Below, in pieces: positions 1 to 12,800 of a stretch of DNA of 49,642 nt. Source of the stretch: Rotaria socialis (Eukaryota); assembly GCA_905331295.1 (NCBI GenBank), contig CAJNYD010000072.1, forward strand, positions 1-49,642, in the 5' to 3' direction. Both the position numbers and the translations under genes were made by a program. The stretch's first letter is position 1; each line of letters begins with the position of its first letter. The notes under the pieces are model-generated. The model did no database searches. It had not been told where the DNA came from and saw nothing but the letters and a program-made list of their open reading frames with translations.

Positions 1-95
1 TTTGCGAGGATCTTGACGAAATAGTGATTCAAAAAGGACGTTCTCTATAAATTGGTCAAGGTGCTACGATGCATGTATTATTATTCATGTTATTA
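1..95. repeat. Left arm of an inverted duplication (reverse complement of 2476-2570), probably continuing beyond the window edge
   Basis: Bases 1-95 (tttgcgaggatcttgacg...catgttatta) are the exact reverse complement of 2476-2570; the match breaks at 96/2475. Confidence 0.95.
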
Positions 96-866
96 TGCTT
101 CGATCAATTAAAACATTATTTTTAAATTAGAATAGAAGTAGAACATTTTTCAAATAACGGAGTGACATGGCATCAATTACATACTACTTAGAGCATACCA
201 AAAGTAGTGAGAGTGACACATTTTTATCCGAAAATAGGCTTCAAGAAATTTTCTTCTTATTTCGCCTGATAGAGAAAAAGAAACTCTATCTTTCTATGCT
301 ATTTAATCATACTTCAACTAGAATTATGATATTAAATTATTTATAAAACCTATGACGACATGGTATGTGTTGGTTGTAATCAATGATAATTATTTTTCAA
401 CATGTTTCATTCACTTGTTTTCTCTTTATTCTCCTTCCATCTTGTTTTTCTTCGTTTCTCTCTTCTTCTTTCTTGACACTTATTCATCGATATGTGTGTG
501 TATATATGTGGAGAGAGACATGTGTTTCTTTAGCTTAATGCGTATGATCAGTTTATCAGCGCACTTTTGTGAGATTCAACATTGTTTATTTTGACTTTAC
601 ATGGAAAAGGAAAACTTTCGATTTTATATCAAAGTACACACTGCACTTAATATTCGACCGACAATTATTCATGATGAATTACGTACTGTTTTCGGTGATG
701 AAACTCCTTCTTTTAGCACCGTTACAAGGTGGTCGCAATGATTTCGTGAAAGTCGAAAAGAGATAACAGCCGAATCCAGTCCCTTGGATTCAATTGGAGT
801 CACATGAAGTCTCGTAAAATGATTTCCTATTTTTCTGAAATCCATTATAAAAATTCGATACTTCTA

Positions 867-1393
867 TTTTTTTTGTTTGTATCGTGTGTACTATTAGATA
901 AAATTTTTATNAAAGTGCATGCGACATATGAGTCATTCTAGAATGTCTGAACACGAAAATTATCATGAGAAACTAGGCAATTTGATTTCTGGATGCAGTT
1001 TTTGTGCATTTTGAGACGTTTTTCAGGCGATGCTTCGTTAGAAAGCTATGACTTAGTTCAAAACTAATATCAGATTTAGAATCAGCGTTAAAAATTGAGT
1101 CGATTTATATATGTTGTTGTTAATTCTGAGAAAAAAACGTTTTCTTTGAAAAATCCCTGTGCCCCTCCTCAGGGATGGTCTGATCAAAAATGACAATTTT
1201 TTCGATAACTCAGCCATTTCTTGACGGATCCTTCTCATCTTCGAACGCGACCTAGATATTGATGAGATAATTCTGTACACAAAATTTCAGCTCAATCGAA
1301 TGTAATTGTAAAGAGTTATCGAATAAACGGACGGCCGGCCGTACACACTGACCGATTCTATAGTGTACTCTTTTCTTTTTGAGTACACAAAAA
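867..1393 (+). mobile_element. Putative non-autonomous Helentron/DINE-1-like (HINE) element
   Basis: 5' T-run followed by tgtgtact (885-892). Internal aaatttcagctcaatcg...gagttatcg and a short acggacggccggcc tract. 3' hairpin gtgtactc-N10-gagtacac (1363-1388) followed by an A-run. The architecture resembles DINE-1/HINE elements; the 5' boundary is uncertain. Confidence 0.5.
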
Positions 1394-1789
1394 CAGGCGT
1401 ACCATTAAAATCTTTTAGTTTTACTAATTAAAAGCAAATCATGAAAACACATATTCTTTCGTGGATAATTCTGTCTGTGCTGATCGTACGAAAAAAGATT
1501 GCAATTACAAGCCCTCTCACACCATATACTAGTTATCAATTTTCAACTGAACTTGAGCATAATATAGCTGATCTTTGGTGGATAGTAGATGAAATCGACA
1601 AGAAATTACTTTCGAATTACATATTAAAACAACAGGATGAATTGCATTAGGTATTAGTCCAGGTAAGTCATCCTGCTTTTGAAAATAATTCCTTCGCTAT
1701 GTCTCATTTCTCATTTTGTTTTACTGCTAATCACAGGATGTGGGTTTAGGTCTTTTTTATGCTGACAGACTCACACCCACACCCTCAGT

Positions 1790-2475
1790 GCTTGGACTTT
1801 ATATGAAAAAAAACAAATTTGGACATTTATTGCATATAGTACATTAGAACAATGAATGTGATTAAGACTTGCATGACAGTATCGAATGTTAGGGGTATAG
1901 CTGATTACAAACCGTAATTATAATTAGTCATTAAGCATTTCTTCATACTGAAGATGTCAATATAGACATAAGTATGTTAATAAAAATGAGAGAACGAAAG
2001 CATTATATATACATCATCGACAAGATGAGCACATGGCCGTATAAGAAATATAGAAAAAGATAACGAGCATCTAGGCCGATAGATATGCGTATGTCATTCA
2101 ATAATAGGGAAAAGAACGACGTCCATTAGTGCATGTTACATATTTAGAAGTAGACGAATCTGTCATCGTGTATAATGTCAAGATATTAGATCCAATATCA
2201 AATTAAACGCACTTCTTCTGAAGTCGATAACATTTCATATTTCTTTTTGACTGTAATCGAAAGAGAACTCATTATACTGAAATATCCTTTGTTATTGATT
2301 TGAATTCTAGGAGTTGTTTGATAATCTAATTTTGTTTTAATATGAAATTTGCGTTCTATATAATAATGTAGTTTTAGACGCTGAAAATATCTGATGAGAT
2401 CCTTAAGCAAGATCGAAACGTCGTATATACTACTTTGAATCTAAATTCATTTGAGTGCTTAACACACCCACATCC
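1790..2475 (+). mobile_element. Putative 3'-terminal fragment of an Athena/Terminon (endonuclease-deficient Penelope-like) retroelement; left boundary unknown
   Basis: The hammerhead motif lies ~35 nt upstream of acacacccacatcc (reverse-complement TGTGGG-like hexamers, 2462-2475), which ends at the junction with the duplicated segment. No RT ORF is present. Confidence 0.45.
2387..2426 (+). ncRNA. Minimal type-I hammerhead ribozyme motif of the Penelope-like-element type
   Basis: atat-CTGATGA-gatc(cttaagcaa)gatc-GAAA-C-GTC-gtat: catalytic core, a 4-bp helix II, a 4-bp helix I (atat/gtat, one G-U pair) and palindromic ACGT in place of helix III. Confidence 0.65.
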
Positions 2476-2570
2476 TAATAACATGAATAATAATACATGC
2501 ATCGTAGCACCTTGACCAATTTATAGAGAACGTCCTTTTTGAATCACTATTTCGTCAAGATCCTCGCAAA
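2476..2570. repeat. Right arm of the inverted duplication with 1-95
   Basis: Exact reverse complement of 1-95. Confidence 0.95.
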
Positions 2571-3899
2571 CGATGTAATCCACCCTCTTAATAATCATAA
2601 TAAATTCAAACTTTACTAAATTTTGACAATATTATCTTTTTATATATGTTTATAAGATATTATTTCCTAAAACCATTTGACATCATCGTTTAGAATAAAA
2701 AATATACATGTGTTTGAGTCATTCGAAATCACTAACTGGCGCACGTGACTTGAAAACTAGCAAATATCGACCATCTTTGATCTGAGAAAAAATAGTACAT
2801 TGCACTTTGGACGAAAGCAATAATATTTTCTAGATTGTTCGAATCATCATTACCTCATTATATTTGTGTCTCAGGTGATCAGCAAGAGAAAAATAAAAGG
2901 TATACCTAATTGGCTATATCTTGTATTACCGTGTCAACAAAACAACATGGTGAGTAGTTATACAACGTTGCCTACGCCTCTGCTCGCTTCGATGGTTGAT
3001 CGGATAGAAAGCAAAGGGGGAAAACGTAATTCATTGGCTCAGTTGGTTACGAAAACAATACATACACCAATATTTTTCTTTATGCATTATTTTATCTAAC
3101 CTACGAAGCAAGCGTTCGCGAAAATATTATCGTATTCTATCATAAAACGACACGAGTACCTATCAGACGATATCTTTTTTTGGCTATCTTATCGTCGCTA
3201 AGCCATAGCTTTTTAGTTATCATCGAAGAATAATAAGGGTTAATAGCGAAAGCTACGCCTCCTTCAATAATTTTGAAATAGAAAAGGTATATTTTTCTCT
3301 CTCTCTCTCTCTCACGCACGCTGTTATAGTATATATTCAGACGCATATTTCAACTAAATTACAAACAACTGATACATTAAAATTTACCGATTTACAATAC
3401 AAACACAAAGTTACTAACAATGTGTTATACAAAGCTCCTGTTTACTGTATGGTTAATTAGCATGGCACTTTTTAATGAATCCGCTGGTCAATCAGAACCC
3501 ACTTCTGTGATTCATTCAATTTCGACAAAGTCATATGTAATCGACAGGACAAAGCACAAAATCACGCTCATCACAAGGTATGAGAATGAATTCATTGCTA
3601 TATCATGCGCTTATCACGTAAACATGAAATCAAGAGATATTACATTAAACTTCTACAAATAGACCTACATAAGTGACATCAATCACTATAATATTCATTC
3701 ATCTTTCGTGCAATGTAGGATCACTAGTGAGTTCAATATATTTTCCAAGCGAAACATATGATTCTCAAACGCTACTTTTGTCATGGACATCCAAAAAACC
3801 TACTTCATTCATCATTTCAACCAATATTACATACCTTATTACAAGTACTCCATATTAGTTGCATCCAATCCTTTTAAAAGCCCTTCCACTGATATCTAG

Positions 3900-6800
3900 T
3901 ATTTTCTCTCGCATCTACTTTACATCCTCCTTGTCATTTCTACACAATATATTAACAGAAGGCTACTAAAAGCAATTCACTCATGAAGACATATTTTCTC
4001 ATATTACTTATTTTAGGCATTCATCTGATCCCTGCGTAGTAGTTTAGCAGAATATTGGTAAAATCATTCCACCGTCATATTGCCAACTTTCATGCCAAAT
4101 GTCACAAGTATGTATCCCTATTTTTGTGAAATACTGTGACAGAACACCAATGAGGCTCATTCCGTCATTGTACCATCTTTTTTCAAGTTACTCACTTCAC
4201 AACCTTCCTCTCATCACCACAAAATGTGTCAACAGAGAGCTACTACGCATTATTCACCCATCACAGCATCTTTTTTCAATGATCGGATGCCGAAATTTCA
4301 TTTTATTACTACACAATAGTTTAACATAAACCTGCTACAGATTATTCACAAGTCACGAAGCCTTCATTCGTAGGATTTAATTCGAAACTTTCGTTCTGTT
4401 CCTGCCGAAAAGTTTAACAAAACCTTGCTCATGAACATTCTATCCTCGTATGATCTTCATTCATACCATACGGTACACATCTTTGCTTCTACCTCAAAAC
4501 AATAAGTTCAAACCACCATTGTTACAATCATACTATTTTCACTCCATATTTATTCATATCATCAAGTATGTAACACGCACTGCATTCCTACAAAATAGTT
4601 TAAGAGAACACTAATACTAAATATTCCATACTAATGTCATGTGTTTTCTTGTCAGTCGCATCACATCTGAGTATTGCATATGCACAGAACAATTTAACAC
4701 AATGTTAGTAGGGAACACTCCACCGGCATGTCGCCTGCTTTCATCTGATCCACAGGACGTCGTTTTTAAAATTAGTACAACATAATTGAAGGCAACGCTT
4801 CTAGGGGCAATTAATTGACTTCATCATCCTCTTTAGATTCATTTACTTCCGATTCTGGTTTCCATATCTACATAATATTTTTACAGACTATTGGTACGAA
4901 TTATTCCATTCCCATATCATATTATTTCGCTTCACTTACTTTCGATTTTTGCTTCCACCTCTGCAGGATAGACTAGTCGAACCTTTGTTCCAATAATTCC
5001 ATACCCATATAATATTTCTGTGCAACATATTTCAGAATAAGCTATCGCTTTCTACAGAGTGTATTAACAGAAAGTTGCTACAAATCATTCAATTGATGGT
5101 ATACCTTCCTTCGTGTCATCAATTTCATAACTTTGTCTCGATCTCTGCACAACAATTGAACAGGCAACTTCTAAGACTGCCTCCATTATCATATCACCTA
5201 CTTCCATATCACTTCCTACAACTATTTTCTTCTGTCATTCATAAAATAGTTGATGAGATAGTTACTAAATATAATTTCGTCGTCCTCTGATCCTAATACA
5301 TATCACTTATTCATAACGGTCACTTGTTTGTCTTCCGAATAATTCAACAGAGAGTTACTAAGAATCATTCCGCCGTCCTGTGGTCCTCTTTCAAATCATC
5401 TCCTCCAAGTAGTTTATTCAATCGCTCAGAATAATTAAGCAGAGAGTTGCTAGCAACTATTCCATCGTCACATCAGTCTCTTTCATATAATCTCCTCGAC
5501 TTAGTCGCTTCTATCTCTTCATAATAGTTCCATAGATGGTTGGTAACAATCATCTCTTCGTTCTGCGATCTTCTTTCATATTATCTTGTCCACTTAGTCG
5601 CTTCTATCTCTCCAGAATAAGTCAATAGATATTTACTAGGAGTTATCTCGTCGTCCTGCGATCTTCTTTCACATCATCTTCTTCACAGAGTCGCTTCTAT
5701 CTCTCCATAATAGTTCAATAGATGGTTGGTAGCAATCATCTCTTCGTCCTGTGATTTTCTTTCATATTATCTTGTCCACTTAGTCGCTTCTATCTCTCCA
5801 GAATAATTTAATAGATATTTACTAGGAGTTATCTCGTCGTCCTGCGATCTTCTTTCACACCATCTTCTTCACAAAGTCGCTTCTATCTCTCCAAAATAGT
5901 TCAATAGATGGTTGGTAAGAATCATCTCGTCGTCCTGCGATTTTCTTTCATATCATCTTCTTCACTTAGGCACTTTTATCTCTCCAGAATAAGTCAACAC
6001 ATGGTTTTTAAGAATCATTTCGTCTTCGCGTGATTCCTTTCATATGACCTTCCTCAAGTATCCACCTCAATGCATTTCAGAATAATTAAACAGAGAGTTG
6101 TTAAGAATTATTCCATCGTCACGTCAGCCTCTTTCATATCATCTCCTCCACTTAGTCGCTTCCATCTCTCCATAGTAATTCAATAAATGGTTGGTAAGAA
6201 TCATCTCGTCGCCCTGCGATCTTCTTTCATACCATCTTCTTCACTTAGTCGCTTTTATCTCTCCAGAATAATTCAATAGAAAGTTGCTATGAATCATTTT
6301 ATCTTCATGTGACTCCTTTCATATGATCTTCACCACGTAGCCCCTTCTATCTCTCCAGAATAATTCAATGGATGGTTAATAAGAATCATTTCGTCTTCAT
6401 GTCGTTCCTTTCATATGATCTCCGCGAACTATTCCCTTTGATCCTTCCAGCATAATTGACCAGATAGCTTGTAAGAATCATCCATTCGTCAGGTAAGCCT
6501 ATTTCGTATCATTTAGTGGAAGTAGTTCCTTGAAGCTCTTGAAAATAATTCAACAGAGAGTTGCTAAAAATCATTCGTTCGTCATGTGACGCTCTTTCAA
6601 GTATTCTGCTCGAAGTAGTTGCTTTAATCTCTTGAAAATAATTCTATAGAGAGTTTATAACAATCATTTCATCGTCCTGCGATCTTCTTTCATATCAACT
6701 TCTTCACATAGTTGCTTATATCTCTCCAGAATAATTCAATAGATGGTTGGTAAAAATCATCTCGTCTTCAGGTGATCCTCTTTCATATGATCTACGCCAT

Positions 6801-9800
6801 GTCGTCTTTTTATCGTTCCACCATAATTCAACAGAGAGTTGATAAGAATGTTTCTGTCGTCATGTGATCCTCTTTTATATGATCTACGCCATGCCATCTT
6901 TTTATCGTTTCAGCATACTTCAACAGAAATTTAATGAGATTCATTCGTTCATCATGTGATTCTCTTTCAAAAATATTCTTCTCCAAGTAGTTCATTTAGT
7001 CTCTTGAGAATAATTCAACAGAGCGTTACTAAGAATAATTCCACCGTCATTTGATCCTGTTTGGTTTGATCTGTACCAAGTCGTTCTTCCTATCTTTAGG
7101 AAATAATTCAACAGGGAGTTGCTAAAAAGCATCCGTTGGTCATGTGATGCTCTTTCATATGATCTACTGCGAGTGGTCTCTTCTATGCTTCTAGAATAAC
7201 TCAACCGATGGTTGCTAAGAATCATTCCTTCCTGATGTGATCCTCTTTCATATGATGTACACCAATGGTCCCCTGGATGTCTCGAGAATAATTGAATACG
7301 TGGTTGGTAAGAATTATTTCGTCTTCGTGTGGTGCCCTTTCACATGATCTAATCCAAGTAGTCCCTTCTATCTTTTCAGAATATTTCAATGGATTGTTGG
7401 TAGAAAGCATTCTGTTGTTATGCTATTTTCATTTGTTTAACCTTATTCAATCGTTTGCGGCGTATGCCCAGGATTGTTGAATTAGATGCTTTTAAGAATC
7501 ATTCTATTGTGATGTATTCTGATTTCATGTGGTTTAATTCAGACGGTTAGTACTTTCTTGGTAGAATAGTCGGACAAATCCGTAGTAATAAACATTCCAT
7601 CGACATCGAATCAGGTTGCATGCGGTCTGTTTCGGAGCATTACTAGAGTCTTTGTAGAATAGTTGAAAAAGTAGCTGCTAGTAAAGATGCCGCTAACTTG
7701 TAATCTTGTTTTATGTGATCGTTTTCATACCCTTACCGGTTTATCAGTAGTATAGTTGAATGAGACACTTCTAATAATAATTCTGTAGACACGTAATGGT
7801 TTATTGTTGCCTATTTTCGAGCTTTGCGGCGCTCTCGATAGAGTTGGTAACTAAAACGCTTCTAATAGTGATACCATCGACGTGTAATCTTTGGTGTGAT
7901 CTGTTTCGAAACTTTACTGCTGCCTGGGTAGAATAGTTGACTGAAACGCTTCTAATAGTGATGCTGTCGACATGTAATCATTGATGTGGTTGGTTTCAGA
8001 CATTTACTGCTTTCTCGGTAGAATAGTTGACTAGAACGTTGTTAATAATGATTCCGACGACATGTGATCGGGTTTTATGTAAGGCACTGCGCATCTTGTA
8101 TGATATCTCTGTGGAATAGTTGCCTAGAACGTTACTAATAATGATTCCAACGACATATGATCGGGTTTTATGTAAGGTACTGCGCATTTTGCATGACATC
8201 TCTGTGGAATACTTGACTAGAACGTTGCTAATAATGATTCCGACGATATGTGATCGAGTTTTTATGTAAGGTACTTCGCATCTTGGATGACGTCTCTGTA
8301 GAATAGTTTAACACAACGCTAATATTGATCATTCCGTCGACATGTGCTCGTGTTTTACGGAAGATACTTCGAGTCTTGGATGACCTCTCTGTGGAATAGT
8401 TTAACAGAACGCTAATATTAATCATTCCGTCAACATGTGATCGTATTTTATGAAAGTTATTTCACACCTTGAATGACTCCTCTGTGGAATAGGGTAACAG
8501 TATGCTTTTAGAAACCAGTCATTGGACGCATAATTTTATTTGATGTAAACGCTTTTCGCGTTGCGATCTAGGCGTGTATAATGCATGAACAGAAGTGTGG
8601 TGAGATTCATTCCATCAAGATGGAATCCGGTTTTGTATATTGTCGTTAGAAAATCTAGTCAGGTGTTCCGTATAGTAAAAGAGCGAGAGTCTTGTCTATG
8701 ATGGCCAATAATTGTGCATTTGCAAATGTGTTGGCGTATTTTGAATTCAGTATTTTTCGCTCATAGTTTCTATACAGAACTATTGTTTAAACTGTTCCTT
8801 TGCCAGTCGATGTTTCAACATCAAAATAAACATGTGACACGACCACTGCATAGGAACATACTAGAATACCATACTGCTAAACAGCATGTATTAATCACTT
8901 CATCACCTTTAAAGTTAACATCTAAAATTCTTTACTTAGATCTTGCATGAGTATTGAACAGAACTTTGGTAAGAATCATTCCTTCATTGTCTCATCTTCT
9001 CTGATTGTACTTGCTCAGCACTCTCACCTCAATCTCTCCAGTATCATTGAACAAAACTATGCTGCAAAGCATTCCTCTATTTTCTCATATTCTTACATGT
9101 TACCTACTGAGAACTCTCGCCTCCATCGCTCCAGCATAGTTGAACAAAACTATGCTGCAAATCATTCCCTCATTGTCTCATCTTCTCTCATCGTACCTAC
9201 TGAGTACCTGCACCTCCCTCTATCCAGTATAGTTAAACCTAACTTTGGTAAGAATCATTCCTTCATTGTCTCATCTTCTCTGGTCGCAATTGCTCAGGAC
9301 TCTCACCTCCATCTCTCCAGTGTAGCTGAACAGAGTTTTCGTGCAAATCATTCTTTTATTGTCTCATCTTCTATCACGGTACTTACTGAGCACTCCCTTG
9401 TCCATCTGTCCAGTATCATTAAACAGAGCTTTTCTACAAATCATTCCTTCATTGTCTCATCTTCTCTCATGATACTTACAGGGCGCTTTCATTTCCATCG
9501 CTCCAGCATAGTTGAACAAAACTTTGGTACAAATCATTCATTTATTGTCTCATCTTCTATCATGATACTTACTGAATACTTTCACCTTCGTCTTTTCAGT
9601 ATAGTAGAGCAGAACTTTCCTAAAAATCATTCTTTTATTGTATCATCTTCTCTCGTGGTATGTACTGAGCACTCTCTTATCCATTTCACCAGTATCATTG
9701 AATAGAGCTTTACTACAAATCATTCATTTATTGTCTCATCTTCTATCACGGTACTTACTAAGCGCTATCATCTCCATCTCTTCAGTATCGTTGAACAGAA

Positions 9801-12800
9801 CTTTAATGAAAATCTTGGCTCTATTGTCTCATCTTCTCTCATGATACTTACAGGTCACTACCACTTCCATCTCTCCAGCATAGTTGAACACAACTTTGGT
9901 GCAAATCATTTCTTTATTGTCTCATCTTCTATCATGGTACTTACTGAGTACTCTCATCTTCGTTTTTTCAGTATAGTGGAGCAGAATTTTCCTAAAAATC
10001 ATTCTTTTACTGTATCATTTTCTCTCATGGTATTTACTGAATACTATCATCTCCATCTTTCTAGTATAGTTGAATAGAGCTTTCCTAAAAATCATTCCTT
10101 CATCATCTTATCTCTCTTTGTATCACGTTCTTAGCATTTCCATTCTCACCGCTTCAGTGTATCTGAACAACATTCTAATAGGAATAATTCTCCGGTCATA
10201 TCATCTTCTTACACGTTACTTGCGTAACATATCCATTTTCATTTCTGCACTATGTTGGAGCAGATGTTTGGTGAGAATTATTCTTCAATTCTGAAGATTT
10301 TACATACCGACATGATCTGTCAACTTCACTCTTTCGGCTCGCACCATTATGATACAGAAGCTTTGTTTGCATTGTTCACTGATTTGCTGGCAACAGAACA
10401 TATAAAGCATCTGTAGTAGTGCTCATTCGTCGTACTGATAATTGAACATCATTTTGCTGAGAGCCATTTCTTCACCGTGTCATCTTTTTCCATGCCATTT
10501 AAAAGAAATGTTTAGTGTTTTTGCAACATACATGAATAGAACAGTGATGCGAATCATGTTATTATGATTTGGTCTTCTTTCGTATTATCTAGTTAAGATT
10601 TTTAGTTACATTTCTTCAGTATAGTTGAACAGAGACTTCCTCAAACTTAGCTCTTTATCCTGCCATCTTCTTTTATGTTATGGATCAAAGATTTTTACTC
10701 TTAACTCTTCAGTATAGCCAGATAAAACTCTCGTGAAGATCATTCTTTGCTCGTGCGATACTTGTTGATATCATCTACATTTGACTTTTGGCTCTATCAT
10801 TCCAGAAACAGTGAACAGGAGCATTATGAAAATTATGGCTTTGGTATGTCATTTTCGTTCATACTACTTATGAAAAATTTCGATTTCGATCTGTTTAGCA
10901 TACACGAACGATGGGTTGGTGAAAATCATTCTTTATCCACGAATTTGTCAGATAATGGCATCATTTAGCGACCTCTCTGCTTTTACACACGTCGTTTCCC
11001 CATCAAATCCTTGTTTGGATCGTTCATCGGTTTTTTGACGTTTGTAAATGAAAATTAGGTGCATTGCTGTCCATTCCTGAGAGAGATAATTAAACAGAAC
11101 CTTTCTGGGAACTATTCTCGGGCCAAGTCAAATTATTTGCTATGATCTACCAAAGATTTCTGTTTCCTTTACTCCAGTATAATTGAATTGAACTCTGGTG
11201 AAACTTATTTCGGAATCATATCATCTTCTTTTATGCCATATAGTAAATCTTGTCGCTTCTATCTCTTCAGTATAGTTGAACAGAGCTCTAATGAGAGCTA
11301 TTCTCGGATCATGTCATCTTTTTCCATGTCATATACTAATTATCTTCCATTCTATATATGCAGTATGATTGGACAGGGCCCTCCTGTGAACTATTCTTTG
11401 ATCATGTCATCTTCTTTCATGTCATATACTAAATCTATGCTAATTTATCTCTGCATTTTAGTTGAACAGCAATTTTATGAGTAAAACTCATTGGTCATAT
11501 CACCTTCTTCCATGCCATATAATAATTCTCTCCCCTTCTATATCTCCAGTATAATTGCACAGAGCCCTACTGAGAACTATTCTCGAATCATATCATCTTC
11601 TTTCATGTCATATACTAAATCGTTTTGCTTCTATCTCTCCAGTATAGTCGAACAGAAATTTTTTGAGAAACATTCATTGGTCATATCATGTACTTTCATG
11701 CCTGATATGTAAAATGTTTTCACAGCTATCTTTCCAGTTAAGTCGAACAGTGACTTGCTTAGTAACATACATTGGTCATATCAGCTACTTTCATGTGCAA
11801 TATGCTAAAAATTTTCGCTTTTATCTCTCCAGCAGAGTTGAACAAAAACTTAATGAGAGCTATTCCTTGATCATGGCATTCTCTTTCATGTCATATACTA
11901 AATCTATGCTATTATATCTCTTCAATATAGTTGAACAGCAATTTTATGAGAAGCATTTACTGATCATATCATCTTCTTTCATCGGATCCACTGTAGATCT
12001 TTGCTTAACCGTCGCTACTGTTGTTAATTAGAACCTTGGTAATAATCATTCTCTCATCCTATCACCTTTTTTCTGATGGTAACTATTTAAGGCCCTGAAT
12101 TCCGTGTCTCCAATGTATTTTAATAGAAGTCTTTTTATAACCGTGCATTATCGATGTTATTGTTGCTCATATTACTTACATCTAACAAATGCTTCCACCT
12201 TTTCTGAATTATCAAACAAGATGTTGCTCAGGATCATTCCTTCGTCGTGTTATTTTTTTTCATGGCGTGTACCAAAATTTTTCTTTTCAGCTATGAATTT
12301 GTTGACCAGTGCCTAATGAAAATTGTTTCTTGGTCATGTCAACTGCTTTCTAATGAGTCAATAACGATCTTTATTTACGTGCTTCAAACATAGTTGAAGA
12401 GAATTCTGCTGAAAATCATTCCATCGTCACTTCATGTGTTTTTCAATGACCAAGTCGCATTCTTTTAGTTCACTCTTATAAAGTTAGTTGAATGGAATAA
12501 TTCTGGGATTCGTTCGTATTTCTTTTCATTGTAGGTGATATGTTCTGTATTTCAGCTATCGATCCCGATTGCCGAAAGAAGTCGAACAGTATTGTGATGA
12601 GGCTTCCTCTTTTATGTTGCGATCACCAATAGTATGAATAGCGGGTGGACATCACTGTTTGGGGTGCGAGCAACAGTTGTACGAGATTATTGCATTAGTA
12701 TCGTTCAGAGTTGATTTGATCTTGTTGCTATTGCACACGTGGCTTTGTTACTTTAACGCAAGGAATACTATTGAACAATGTGACAGTTATCATGATTCAA

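Noticed and set aside
352..1650. Several 60-80 aa ORFs in the first 2 kb
   Set aside because: Low-complexity or TE-derived AT-rich sequence with no splice structure or motifs.
1945..1977. Second hammerhead-like motif (cata-CTGAAGA-tgtc..gaca-taag-tatg)
   Set aside because: It lacks the GAAA and NUH catalytic elements; at most a decayed copy.
2198..2410. 70-aa minus-strand ORF overlapping the hammerhead
   Set aside because: No recognisable RT, GIY-YIG or other motif, and a non-ATG start.
2960..3270. ctacgcctc / gctcgcttcg motifs suggestive of a decayed non-autonomous element
   Set aside because: No definable termini or TSD.
5500..7400. Recoded TGA (Sec/Trp) in a minus-strand 31-aa repeat frame (GEIEATK*RR*YERRSQDDEMILTNHLLNYS)
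   Set aside because: TAA also occupies the same positions, 1-nt indels break the frame repeatedly, and neighbouring genes use the standard code.
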